In this document: in pieces, positions 56,967 through 64,000 of the stretch
Layout: each line of letters begins with the position of its first letter
How positions within the stretch are numbered: the first letter of the stretch is position 1
Source: Candidatus Omnitrophota bacterium
Lineage (GTDB): Bacteria; Omnitrophota; Gorgyraeia; Gygaellales; Profunditerraquicolaceae
Assembly: GCA_030650425.1 (NCBI GenBank)
Contig: JAUSED010000012.1
Coordinates: forward strand, 905-64,904
Reading direction: 5' to 3'
DNA length: 64,000 nt
Position numbers and translations under genes: made by a program
The notes under the pieces: generated by a model
What the model was told of the DNA's origin: nothing
Database searches by the model: none
The model's input: only the letters and a program-made list of their open reading frames with translations

Positions 56967-57801
56967 TCCTATGTTAGTCGATACGCATTGTCATTTGGAT
57001 TTTCCGGAATTTGACGCTGATCGGGATGAAGTAATCAATCGGGCAAAAGAGCAGGGCGTAGGCTATATTATCAACATAGGTGCGAGTCTTGAGGGTTCTA
57101 AGAAATCCGTAGAATTATCCCAAAAATATGCATCTATCTATGCGACGGTGGGAATTCATCCTCATGAGGCGGATAGTTTTACTCCTGAAACAGAAAAAAG
57201 CATAAGGAATCTGGCAAAGGAAAAGAAAGTCGTCGCCATAGGCGAAATCGGCTTAGATTATTTTAAGCATTATTCCGAACCCCGAAATCAGCTCCCTGTA
57301 TTTACGCAGCTACTTAAGATTGCCAAAGATTTTAATCTTCCGGTGGTTATCCATACAAGAAACGCGCAGGTGGATACCTTGAAGGTTTTAAAAGAAGCAA
57401 TGCCGGTTAAAGCGGTGGTGCATTGTTTTTCCGGAGATAAAGTTTTTTTAAAAGTTTGCTTGGATTTAGGTTTTTTAGTTTCTTTTACTTGTAATATTAC
57501 GTATCCCGCCAAACTATCTAATAGCAGGCGGGATCCCGCCCTCGCTGAAATAGATTGGCGGGATAAAAAAGCCGAAGATTTAAGAGCGATCGTTAAGGCG
57601 GTTCCACTCGATAGATTGTTACTGGAGACTGATGCGCCATATTTGTCTCCGGAAGGCTTTCGCGGGAAGAGGAATGAGCCGGCTCAAGTCTGCCTTCTTG
57701 CTGAAACCGTGGCAAATCTTAAAGGTTTGAAATTAGAAGAGGTTTCCAAAGCCACAACAGAAAACGCTAGAGGTTTCTTTAATTTACCGGAGACTCAGTA
57801 A
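56947..57801 (+). CDS. tatD: TatD-family metal-dependent DNase/hydrolase (YabD-like)
   Basis: 'LVDTHCHLDF' and 'IGEIGLDY'. Confidence 0.85.
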   Translation: MRPKRNNPMLVDTHCHLDFPEFDADRDEVINRAKEQGVGYIINIGASLEGSKKSVELSQKYASIYATVGIHPHEADSFTPETEKSIRNLAKEKKVVAIGEIGLDYFKHYSEPRNQLPVFTQLLKIAKDFNLPVVIHTRNAQVDTLKVLKEAMPVKAVVHCFSGDKVFLKVCLDLGFLVSFTCNITYPAKLSNSRRDPALAEIDWRDKKAEDLRAIVKAVPLDRLLLETDAPYLSPEGFRGKRNEPAQVCLLAETVANLKGLKLEEVSKATTENARGFFNLPETQ

Positions 57802-58923
57802 ATGAATTCTCAAGTAAGCATTATAAAATGCGCTAATTACAACTTGAGCCTTGTCGAGGCCAGCGTAAGAAAGGCTATCGGTTTAATCGGCGGGGTAACT
57901 CATTATGTTAAGCCGGGTTCACGCGTCTTGGTCAAACCCAATATGCTGATGGCTAAGGAGCCGGAGTTCGGGATTGGTACTCATCCCGAAGTGGTCCGGG
58001 CCGTAATCAGGGTTTTAAAAGATATTAGTTGCCGTATTTTCGTGGGTGATGGCCCAAGCGTCTGGGGAAAAGAAATCGAAAACGTGGATGAGGTTTATCG
58101 CCGGACAGGAATAACCAAGATTTGTGAGGACGAAAAAGTGGAGTTAGTTAAATTTGAAAAAAGGCGGATGCGCGAAAAATTTCCCCTAACCACTTGGCTT
58201 GATCATTGCGATTATTTAATTAATCTACCGAAGTTTAAGACGCATGAGCTTACTCTGCTTACAGGAGCGATCAAGAATAATTTTGGTTTGGTTTCCGGGA
58301 CCTTTAAGACAGAGCTGCACAAAAACTATTTTCAGCGGGAAGATTTTGCCAAGATTCTGGTGGATATTTTTGCTGAGGCTAAGCCGGGTTTGACGATTAT
58401 CGACGGGGTAACCGCTATGGAAGGTGATGGCCCGGCAACCAGCGGAAAATTACGGGATTTAGGGTTGTTACTTGCGGGAGGTGATTGTGTGGCTTTGGAT
58501 AGCGTTATGGCAAAGATAATGGGGATCGAGCCATGCGATGTTTTAACCACGAAAGAGGCCGCGCGAAGAGGCTTGGGAAGAGCGGATTTAAATTCTATCG
58601 AAATTCTGGGAGAAAAAATTGAAGGGTTGAATATTCGGCCATTTCTGCTTCCTTCTTCAATAAGCCTGTCAAGAAAGTTGCCTAAGCCGGTAATCAGTTT
58701 GGCTAAGAAGCTGATTAAATATTATCCGTATCCTGTGCGGAAAAATTGCACCAGATGTACTGCCTGTATTAAGATATGCCCGAATAATTGTATAAGCATG
58801 AGGAAAAAGGGGATTATTTTTGATTATAGAAAGTGTATTGCTTGTTTTTGCTGCCAAGAGGCTTGTCCGTCAAAAGCAATTAAAGTAAAAAAGAGCTTAT
58901 TCGCAAAAATGATCGGGTTATAA
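57802..58923 (+). CDS. DUF362-domain protein with a C-terminal 2x[4Fe-4S] ferredoxin domain
   Basis: 'CTRCTACIKICP' and 'CIACFCCQEACP' cluster motifs. Confidence 0.65.
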   Translation: MNSQVSIIKCANYNLSLVEASVRKAIGLIGGVTHYVKPGSRVLVKPNMLMAKEPEFGIGTHPEVVRAVIRVLKDISCRIFVGDGPSVWGKEIENVDEVYRRTGITKICEDEKVELVKFEKRRMREKFPLTTWLDHCDYLINLPKFKTHELTLLTGAIKNNFGLVSGTFKTELHKNYFQREDFAKILVDIFAEAKPGLTIIDGVTAMEGDGPATSGKLRDLGLLLAGGDCVALDSVMAKIMGIEPCDVLTTKEAARRGLGRADLNSIEILGEKIEGLNIRPFLLPSSISLSRKLPKPVISLAKKLIKYYPYPVRKNCTRCTACIKICPNNCISMRKKGIIFDYRKCIACFCCQEACPSKAIKVKKSLFAKMIGL

Positions 58924-58926
58924 TTT

Positions 58927-59970
58927 ATGAAAATAACTACTATCGAATGGAAAAATAATAAGATAAGGCTTATTGACCAGACTAAACTTCCGCATAAGTT
59001 GGAATATCTGGATATTGATAAGTTGGAAGATTTATGGCAGGCGATTAAGCTGCTTAAGGTCAGGGGGGCTCCGGCTTTAGGAGCGGCAGCCGCGCTGGGA
59101 GTGTATTTAGGAATAAAAGACCTCAAAACAAAAGATCCGGCTGTTTTTAATAAGGAATTGGATAGAGTTAGCCATTATATCGCCGGTTCCCGTCCGACAG
59201 CGAGAAACCTTTTTTGGGGGATAGAGAAGATCTGTAGTGTAGCGCGAAAGAATAAAGGAAAAGATTTAGCCGCGCTTAAGAAACTCCTCTATGAAGAAGC
59301 TTGTAGGATTATTGAAAATGACAAATCCAGCTGTCGTAAGATTGGTGAATATGGCAGCAGGCTGATTAAAGATAACGATACGGTGTTAACGATCTGTAAC
59401 GCGGGTATTTTAGCTACAATCGATTATGGCACGGCTTTGGGAGTGCTTTACCGCGCGAAAGAAGAAGGTAAAAAAATAAAAGTTTTTTCCTGTGAGACAA
59501 GGCCGCTCCTGCAAGGAGCCCGGCTTACTGCTTGGGAGTTGAATCAGAAAGGCGTGGATGTAACGGTTATTTGCGATAATATGGCGGCTACTCTTATGCG
59601 GCAGGGCAAAATAAATAAAGTTATTGCCGGAGCGGATAGGATCGCGGCCAACGGCGATACCGCCAATAAAATCGGCACTTACAATTTAGCAGTTTTAAGC
59701 AGCTATCATAAGATTCCATTCTATATCGCGGCTCCGGTTTCCACTTTTGATTTACGCGCGCAATCAGGAAAAGATATTCCGATTGAGGAGCGTGACCCCA
59801 GAGAAGTCAGCGAATTATTATTTAAAAGAGTAATCGCGCCTAAAGGGGTAAAGATCTTTAATCCTGCTTTTGACGTCACCCCGCGTAATCTTATCAGCGC
59901 GATTATTACGGATAAGGGAGTGATTAGGCCGCCGTATAATCTAAATATTAAGAGAATCGTGCGCCTGTAG
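58927..59970 (+). CDS. mtnA: S-methyl-5-thioribose-1-phosphate isomerase (eIF-2B alpha/beta/delta-like)
   Basis: 'VRGAPALGAAAALG' and the MtnA family pattern. 347 aa. Confidence 0.8.
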   Translation: MKITTIEWKNNKIRLIDQTKLPHKLEYLDIDKLEDLWQAIKLLKVRGAPALGAAAALGVYLGIKDLKTKDPAVFNKELDRVSHYIAGSRPTARNLFWGIEKICSVARKNKGKDLAALKKLLYEEACRIIENDKSSCRKIGEYGSRLIKDNDTVLTICNAGILATIDYGTALGVLYRAKEEGKKIKVFSCETRPLLQGARLTAWELNQKGVDVTVICDNMAATLMRQGKINKVIAGADRIAANGDTANKIGTYNLAVLSSYHKIPFYIAAPVSTFDLRAQSGKDIPIEERDPREVSELLFKRVIAPKGVKIFNPAFDVTPRNLISAIITDKGVIRPPYNLNIKRIVRL

Positions 59971-59985
59971 CGTAGTAATAAGGTA

Positions 59986-60024
59986 ATAAGGTGACTGTCA
60001 CGTTTTTTGTGACTGTCACCTTAT
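59986..60024. promoter_or_regulatory. Strong hairpin / operator-like palindrome between mtnA and thiL (two copies of GTGACTGTCAC)
   Basis: ATAAGGTGACTGTCAC-gtttttt-GTGACTGTCACCTTAT (16-bp stem with one mismatch). Preceded by the direct repeat GTAATAAGG x2. Confidence 0.45.
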
Positions 60025-60037
60025 TAACGGAACTAAA

Positions 60038-60934
60038 ATGCTGATAAAAGATATAGGTGAATTCGCGCTGATTGAAAGATTCAAGAGAAAAATTAAGACA
60101 GATTCTTCTGTTATAAAAGGTTCCGGGGATGATTGCGCTGTGTTGAAGTTAGACAAACAAAACCACCAGCTTTTTACCTGCGATATGCTGGTTGAGGGTG
60201 TGGATTTTACTCTTAAAGATAACTCGTATCTCGTTGGTAGAAAGGCGATTGCCGTATCCCTTAGCGATATAGCCAGCTGTTCGGGTAAACCCCGGCATTG
60301 CGTTATCTCCTTAGGCTTACCGAAAAATACTTCCCTAAGCTTTGTAGATAAGCTTTTTCAAGGGATGCTGGATATTGCAAAAAAATATAAAGTAAATATT
60401 GTGGGAGGGGATTTAAGCCGAAGCAGTAAAGTCGTCCTTGACGTAAGCATGCTTGGCGAGGTAGAAAAGAAATACCTTACTTTAAGGAGCGGAGCCAGGG
60501 TTGGAGATATTATTTTTATCACCGGCGAGCTTGGCGGTTCAATTTCAGGCAAGCATCTTCAATTTACTCCGCGCATAAAAGAAGCAAGATTCTTAAGCCG
60601 CAATTTTAAAGTCAAGGCCATGACTGATATCTCCGATGGATTGACTTCTGATTTAGGCCATATTTTGGAGCAGAGCAATGCGGGGGCAGTGATTTATGAG
60701 GCCTTGATTCCGTTAAGCGGTAAAGCCCGTAATTTATCCGATGCCCTAAACAATGGAGAGGACTTTGAGCTTCTTTTTACTCTTTCGCGGCCGCAGGCTT
60801 TAAAATTATTAAAAAGAAAGTTGTCGATTTTTAGGCCGATTGGAGAAATAAGGGAAAGAAAATACGGTTTTCAGCTGATAGACAAGAGGAGCAGGCCGGT
60901 TAATATCAAGCCAAAAGGTTTTAAGCATTTTTAA
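60038..60934 (+). CDS. thiL: Thiamine-monophosphate kinase
   Basis: 'GSGDDCAVL' AIR-synthase-related N-terminal motif. Confidence 0.8.
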   Translation: MLIKDIGEFALIERFKRKIKTDSSVIKGSGDDCAVLKLDKQNHQLFTCDMLVEGVDFTLKDNSYLVGRKAIAVSLSDIASCSGKPRHCVISLGLPKNTSLSFVDKLFQGMLDIAKKYKVNIVGGDLSRSSKVVLDVSMLGEVEKKYLTLRSGARVGDIIFITGELGGSISGKHLQFTPRIKEARFLSRNFKVKAMTDISDGLTSDLGHILEQSNAGAVIYEALIPLSGKARNLSDALNNGEDFELLFTLSRPQALKLLKRKLSIFRPIGEIRERKYGFQLIDKRSRPVNIKPKGFKHF

Positions 60935-61405
60935 ATGAAGATCATCTCCAAATCAGTTAAAGAAACTTTAAATCTAGGCTCCTCTTTAGCCCGGCAACTT
61001 AAGCCGGGGGATATAATCTGTTTAAAAGGCAACCTTGGTTCCGGCAAGACTACCTTGACTAAAGGTATTGCTATTGGCCTTGGTATTGATAAAGCGAAAG
61101 TTACAAGTTCCTCATTTATTCTTATTCGACAGCACCCGGAAGGAAGTATCCCTTTATTTCATTTTGACCTTTACCGGCTTAAGAGTTCAGGGGAGATAGC
61201 CGCGCTCGGGTTTGAGGAATATCTTTACGATGACGGGGTTTCGGTTATTGAATGGGCGGAAAAGTTGGAATGCCTGATGCCTCAAGAACATCTTACGGTG
61301 AAGTTAGCTTATTACCCGGGGAATAAGAGGGTTTTCGAATTTTTGGCGCAAGGCGCGCGTTATAAAAATTTATTGAGGAGTCTGCGTGAAAATATTAGCC
61401 ATTGA
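60935..61405 (+). CDS. tsaE: tRNA threonylcarbamoyladenosine biosynthesis protein TsaE
   Basis: P-loop 'GNLGSGKTTLTKG'. Confidence 0.8.
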   Translation: MKIISKSVKETLNLGSSLARQLKPGDIICLKGNLGSGKTTLTKGIAIGLGIDKAKVTSSSFILIRQHPEGSIPLFHFDLYRLKSSGEIAALGFEEYLYDDGVSVIEWAEKLECLMPQEHLTVKLAYYPGNKRVFEFLAQGARYKNLLRSLRENISH

Positions 61406-62066
61406 TTCCGCCACTAAATGCTTATCTCTTGGCATTTATGATGACGGTAAAGTATATGAATACAACCTAGAGATAGAAAGAAGGTTATCCTCGCTATTAG
61501 TTGTAATTATCAAGAGGGCGCTTGAGGCCTTGGATTTAAAGCTTGGGGATTTTGATTATTTTGCCTGCGGTTTGGGCCCGGGCTCTTTTACCGGAATGCG
61601 CGTAGGTTTGTCCACGATGAAAGGATTAAGCTGGTCTCTACGTAAGCCGCTTATCGGAATATCGACGCTGGATATCCTGGCAATGAATGCTAAAGGATTT
61701 ACTGAGAAGGCGATTATCCCGGTAATCGACGCTAAGAGAAAGCTTATCTACTCTTGTTTTTACAAAAATCCTGCCGGAATGCCGGAAAAAACATCCGCTT
61801 ATATGCTTATTTCAAAAGAAGAGTTATCCAAGAAGATGAAACAGCCATGCGTGGTATTAGGAGACGCGCTTAATTTATATAAAGATGAGCTATCCAAGAA
61901 TGCTTCAGCTATTTTTTTGGATAAAGACGACTGGTACCCCAAGGCCCATAATATAATTAAGCTTGCTTTAGTCCGTATCAAAAATAAAAAAATGTCAGAC
62001 ATTTCCAAAATAAACCCGATTTATCTTTATGCTAAAGAATGCCAAATTAAACATGCCCATAAATAA
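61386..62066 (+). CDS. tsaB: tRNA t6A biosynthesis protein TsaB (YeaZ-like)
   Basis: 'MKILAIDSATKCLSLGIY' ASKHA-fold N-terminus. Confidence 0.8.
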   Translation: MKILAIDSATKCLSLGIYDDGKVYEYNLEIERRLSSLLVVIIKRALEALDLKLGDFDYFACGLGPGSFTGMRVGLSTMKGLSWSLRKPLIGISTLDILAMNAKGFTEKAIIPVIDAKRKLIYSCFYKNPAGMPEKTSAYMLISKEELSKKMKQPCVVLGDALNLYKDELSKNASAIFLDKDDWYPKAHNIIKLALVRIKNKKMSDISKINPIYLYAKECQIKHAHK

Positions 62067-63192
62067 CCACAGAATAGGCTATAGGCCGACCTGGGCCCAG
62101 ATTAATTTAGCTAATCTTGAGCACAATTTTTCCCGGATAAAAAAACTGATTTCCGCGCGCACCAAAATCTTAGTTACGGTTAAGGCCGATGCCTATGGGC
62201 ATGGCCTGATTCTCATATCCAGGAGGCTTGAGTTATGCGGCGTGGATTTTCTGGGAGTAGCTTCCATAGACGAGGGGATCAAGCTTAGGGAGGCAGGAAT
62301 AAAGGTACCGATATTAATATTGGGTTTAATCTTAAAAAGCGACATCCTGCCGCTCTTTAAATATAATCTCACTACTTCTGTCTGCGACGAAGAATTAAGC
62401 CGCGCCTTAAACCGCAAGGCCTCGCTTTTGCGCAAGAAATTAAATGTGCATATTAAGGTGGATACCGGGATGGGCCGCATCGGCATCTCCCATTATGACG
62501 CGTACAGATTGGTAAAGAAAATCTGTAGCTTTAAACATCTGAATATCGAGGGTATCTTCACGCATTTTGCTTTCGCGGATTTGGACAAGAAGTTTACCAT
62601 CAATCAGATAGATTTATTTGGTAAACTGCTGCAAAAATTAGCTAATCAAGGGATAAAAATTCCTTTAGTGCATGCCGCAAACAGCATGGGTGTGCTTGAT
62701 TATAAAGGGAGTCATTTTAATATGATCAGGCCGGGGCTGGTAATTTACGGATTATACCCTAAAGAAAGCTTAGCCATAAATCTTAAGCCGGTTTTAAGCC
62801 TGAAGACTAAGGCCATCTTTGTAAAAAGAGTCCCGGCGGGTTTCGGCATCAGCTACGGGCATGACTATATTACTAAGAAACCTGCCACTATCGTTACTTT
62901 GCCTATTGGTTATGGCGATGGTTATCCGCGCAACCTCTCCAATAAGGCGCCTGTTTTAATCAGGGGGAGGCGTTTTAAAGTATGCGGCAGGATATGTATG
63001 GATCAAATTATGGTCGATGTAGGGAATACTTCGGTAAGAGTAGGCGATGAGGTAGTCTTAATCGGTAAACAAGGTAGAAACAGAATTACCGTCGAAGAAC
63101 TAGCCAGCCTTTCCAATACCATCCCTTATGAGATAGTCTGTGGTTTGGGGAGCCGTATCCCGAGAATAACAAATTTTAAGGAAGACGATTGA
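62053..63192 (+). CDS. alr: Alanine racemase
   Basis: PLP-Lys motif 'VTVKADAYGHG'. The start is ambiguous: the ATG at 62053 or the upstream codon at 62029 used by the ORF track. Confidence 0.85.
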   Translation: MPINNHRIGYRPTWAQINLANLEHNFSRIKKLISARTKILVTVKADAYGHGLILISRRLELCGVDFLGVASIDEGIKLREAGIKVPILILGLILKSDILPLFKYNLTTSVCDEELSRALNRKASLLRKKLNVHIKVDTGMGRIGISHYDAYRLVKKICSFKHLNIEGIFTHFAFADLDKKFTINQIDLFGKLLQKLANQGIKIPLVHAANSMGVLDYKGSHFNMIRPGLVIYGLYPKESLAINLKPVLSLKTKAIFVKRVPAGFGISYGHDYITKKPATIVTLPIGYGDGYPRNLSNKAPVLIRGRRFKVCGRICMDQIMVDVGNTSVRVGDEVVLIGKQGRNRITVEELASLSNTIPYEIVCGLGSRIPRITNFKEDD

Positions 63193-64000
63193 TTAAGGAG
63201 ATGCTGAAGGTAAGCGCAATGATATGCGCTAAAGAAGCAGCCGCAAACGGAGGGATTAATCCACCCCGTCCAACAGCAACACATACCGCGTCAAGAACAT
63301 AGTACAAAAACCCCACGATAATCGAAATTCCTATAGAAGAAAGTCCGGTGGCGCGCTTTTGCATCATCAGAGAAAAAGGTATCCCCAATAAAATTATAAT
63401 CAAGCTGGTAAAAGGGGAAGTAAATTTTTGGTATAGATCTATTTTTAGGTTACGGATGACCGAGGTTGCCCCGCTCTTAGACATCTTCCAGATATAATTA
63501 CCCAATTGATTGATAGTCATATATTCCGGCCGTTGTCTTTGCGAGAGAAAATCAACAGGCGTCTCTGGGATGGTCATTATCTCTTCTTCCAGATATTGCG
63601 GTTCATCGATAATCTGGCTATTAGGGTCAAAGTTGTAGGTAATCGACTGGTAAAATCTCCAGAGTCCGTCTTCATATACTCCTTTGTTTGCCACGATTTT
63701 ACGGATTAAATCCTGCCGTTCATCCTGCTCAAGTATGATTATCCCTTCCATGGTTTTAGTAGAGGGGTAAAACCTGTTGATGAAAAACAGCCTGTTTTTT
63801 GAGCCGTACATTGAAACGTTGGTGAGGGACTCGCTTTTTTTATCATTTTTATCCTTTTTACCTTCTTCCATCTTTTCCTGAATTTGTTTGGTCAATAGGA
63901 TTGCCTGCGGCATTACGCGGTCAGAGACCCAAAAGATACAGAGACTGACCAAGAGTCCGAAGATAATCGCTGTTTTAGTAATATAAAAAATACTTAACCC
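63176..64000 (-). CDS. LptF/LptG-family (YjgP/YjgQ) permease, partial (N-terminus beyond the window end)
   Basis: The reading frame stays open to position 64000. TM-rich N-region and periplasmic domain pattern. Convergent with alr. Confidence 0.6.
   Translation of the reverse strand, partial: GLSIFYITKTAIIFGLLVSLCIFWVSDRVMPQAILLTKQIQEKMEEGKKDKNDKKSESLTNVSMYGSKNRLFFINRFYPSTKTMEGIIILEQDERQDLIRKIVANKGVYEDGLWRFYQSITYNFDPNSQIIDEPQYLEEEIMTIPETPVDFLSQRQRPEYMTINQLGNYIWKMSKSGATSVIRNLKIDLYQKFTSPFTSLIIILLGIPFSLMMQKRATGLSSIGISIIVGFLYYVLDAVCVAVGRGGLIPPFAAASLAHIIALTFSISLINRLP

Noticed and set aside
1-64000. tRNA, rRNA, integrase or transposase genes marking island boundaries
   Set aside because: I scanned the intergenic regions for tRNA-like T-arm (GGTTCGAATCC-type) motifs and for DDE or tyrosine-recombinase ORFs and found none. 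The island borders cannot be defined from this window alone.

Overview
The window falls into three parts.

(1) 1..~16.4 kb is an AT-richer accessory/defence island. It opens with a Type I restriction-modification operon: hsdM (5'-truncated by the window edge), hsdS, an embedded Abi-like cargo gene, and hsdR. A long run of translationally coupled genes of unknown function follows on the same strand. These are a 3-TM membrane protein and an unannotated 57-aa zinc-ribbon ORF. Next comes a SIR2-family protein carrying the GAGIS / TTNID / HLHG motifs, then a 1076-aa all-helical partner, an 81-aa protein and a 281-aa protein with a PD-(D/E)xK-like motif. A 433-aa metallo-beta-lactamase-fold protein (HSHLDH) and a ~177-aa protein end the run. 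I read this as one or two candidate undescribed anti-phage systems, in effect a 'split DSR-like' SIR2 module plus an MBL/PD-(D/E)xK nuclease cassette. The island ends at a convergent orphan ParB-like HTH gene.

(2) ~14.7..35.2 kb holds envelope and signalling genes: a secreted G-[LIF]-V-N repeat protein, a sensor histidine kinase with a single-domain receiver, a secreted ankyrin protein, a GT-C-like membrane protein and a Pro/Gly-rich secreted protein. It also carries isoprenoid/quinone genes (ispH, polyprenyl synthase, UbiA-family, NDH-2), ECF transporter T and A components, a CcdA/DsbD-like protein, DUF1573 and htpX. A ~4.6-kb insertion between htpX and lysS carries a 1229-aa secreted giant protein and a BrnT/BrnA-like toxin-antitoxin pair.

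(3) 35.2..64 kb is a housekeeping block with Firmicute-like synteny: lysS, lolC/E-like, lolD, ilvE-like, mcsA, mcsB, clpC, mlaEFD, radA, PIN/TRAM (yacL-like), ispD, ispF, cysE, cysS. After a small insertion (a structured inverted-repeat element, a hypothetical gene and a HigB/HigA-like pair) come tmk, holB, PSP1/ricT, metG, tatD, DUF362-ferredoxin, mtnA, thiL, tsaE, tsaB, alr and a partial lptF/G-like gene on the minus strand.

The most unusual thing I see directly in the sequence is a 53-nt palindromic element, aGGGGACAyTTTCC-N27-GGAAAsTGTCCCCt, present in five copies. One copy sits just after the htpX stop and four sit inside the giant ORF. The four coding copies are read in two different frames. 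The stem shows compensatory and G.U covariation, which points to conservation at the nucleotide/RNA level; it resembles Rickettsia palindromic elements (RPEs). A second, unrelated palindromic repeat family has one full and one half copy (21903..21982 and 29594..29626).

I found no rRNA, tRNA, CRISPR array, integrase or transposase.
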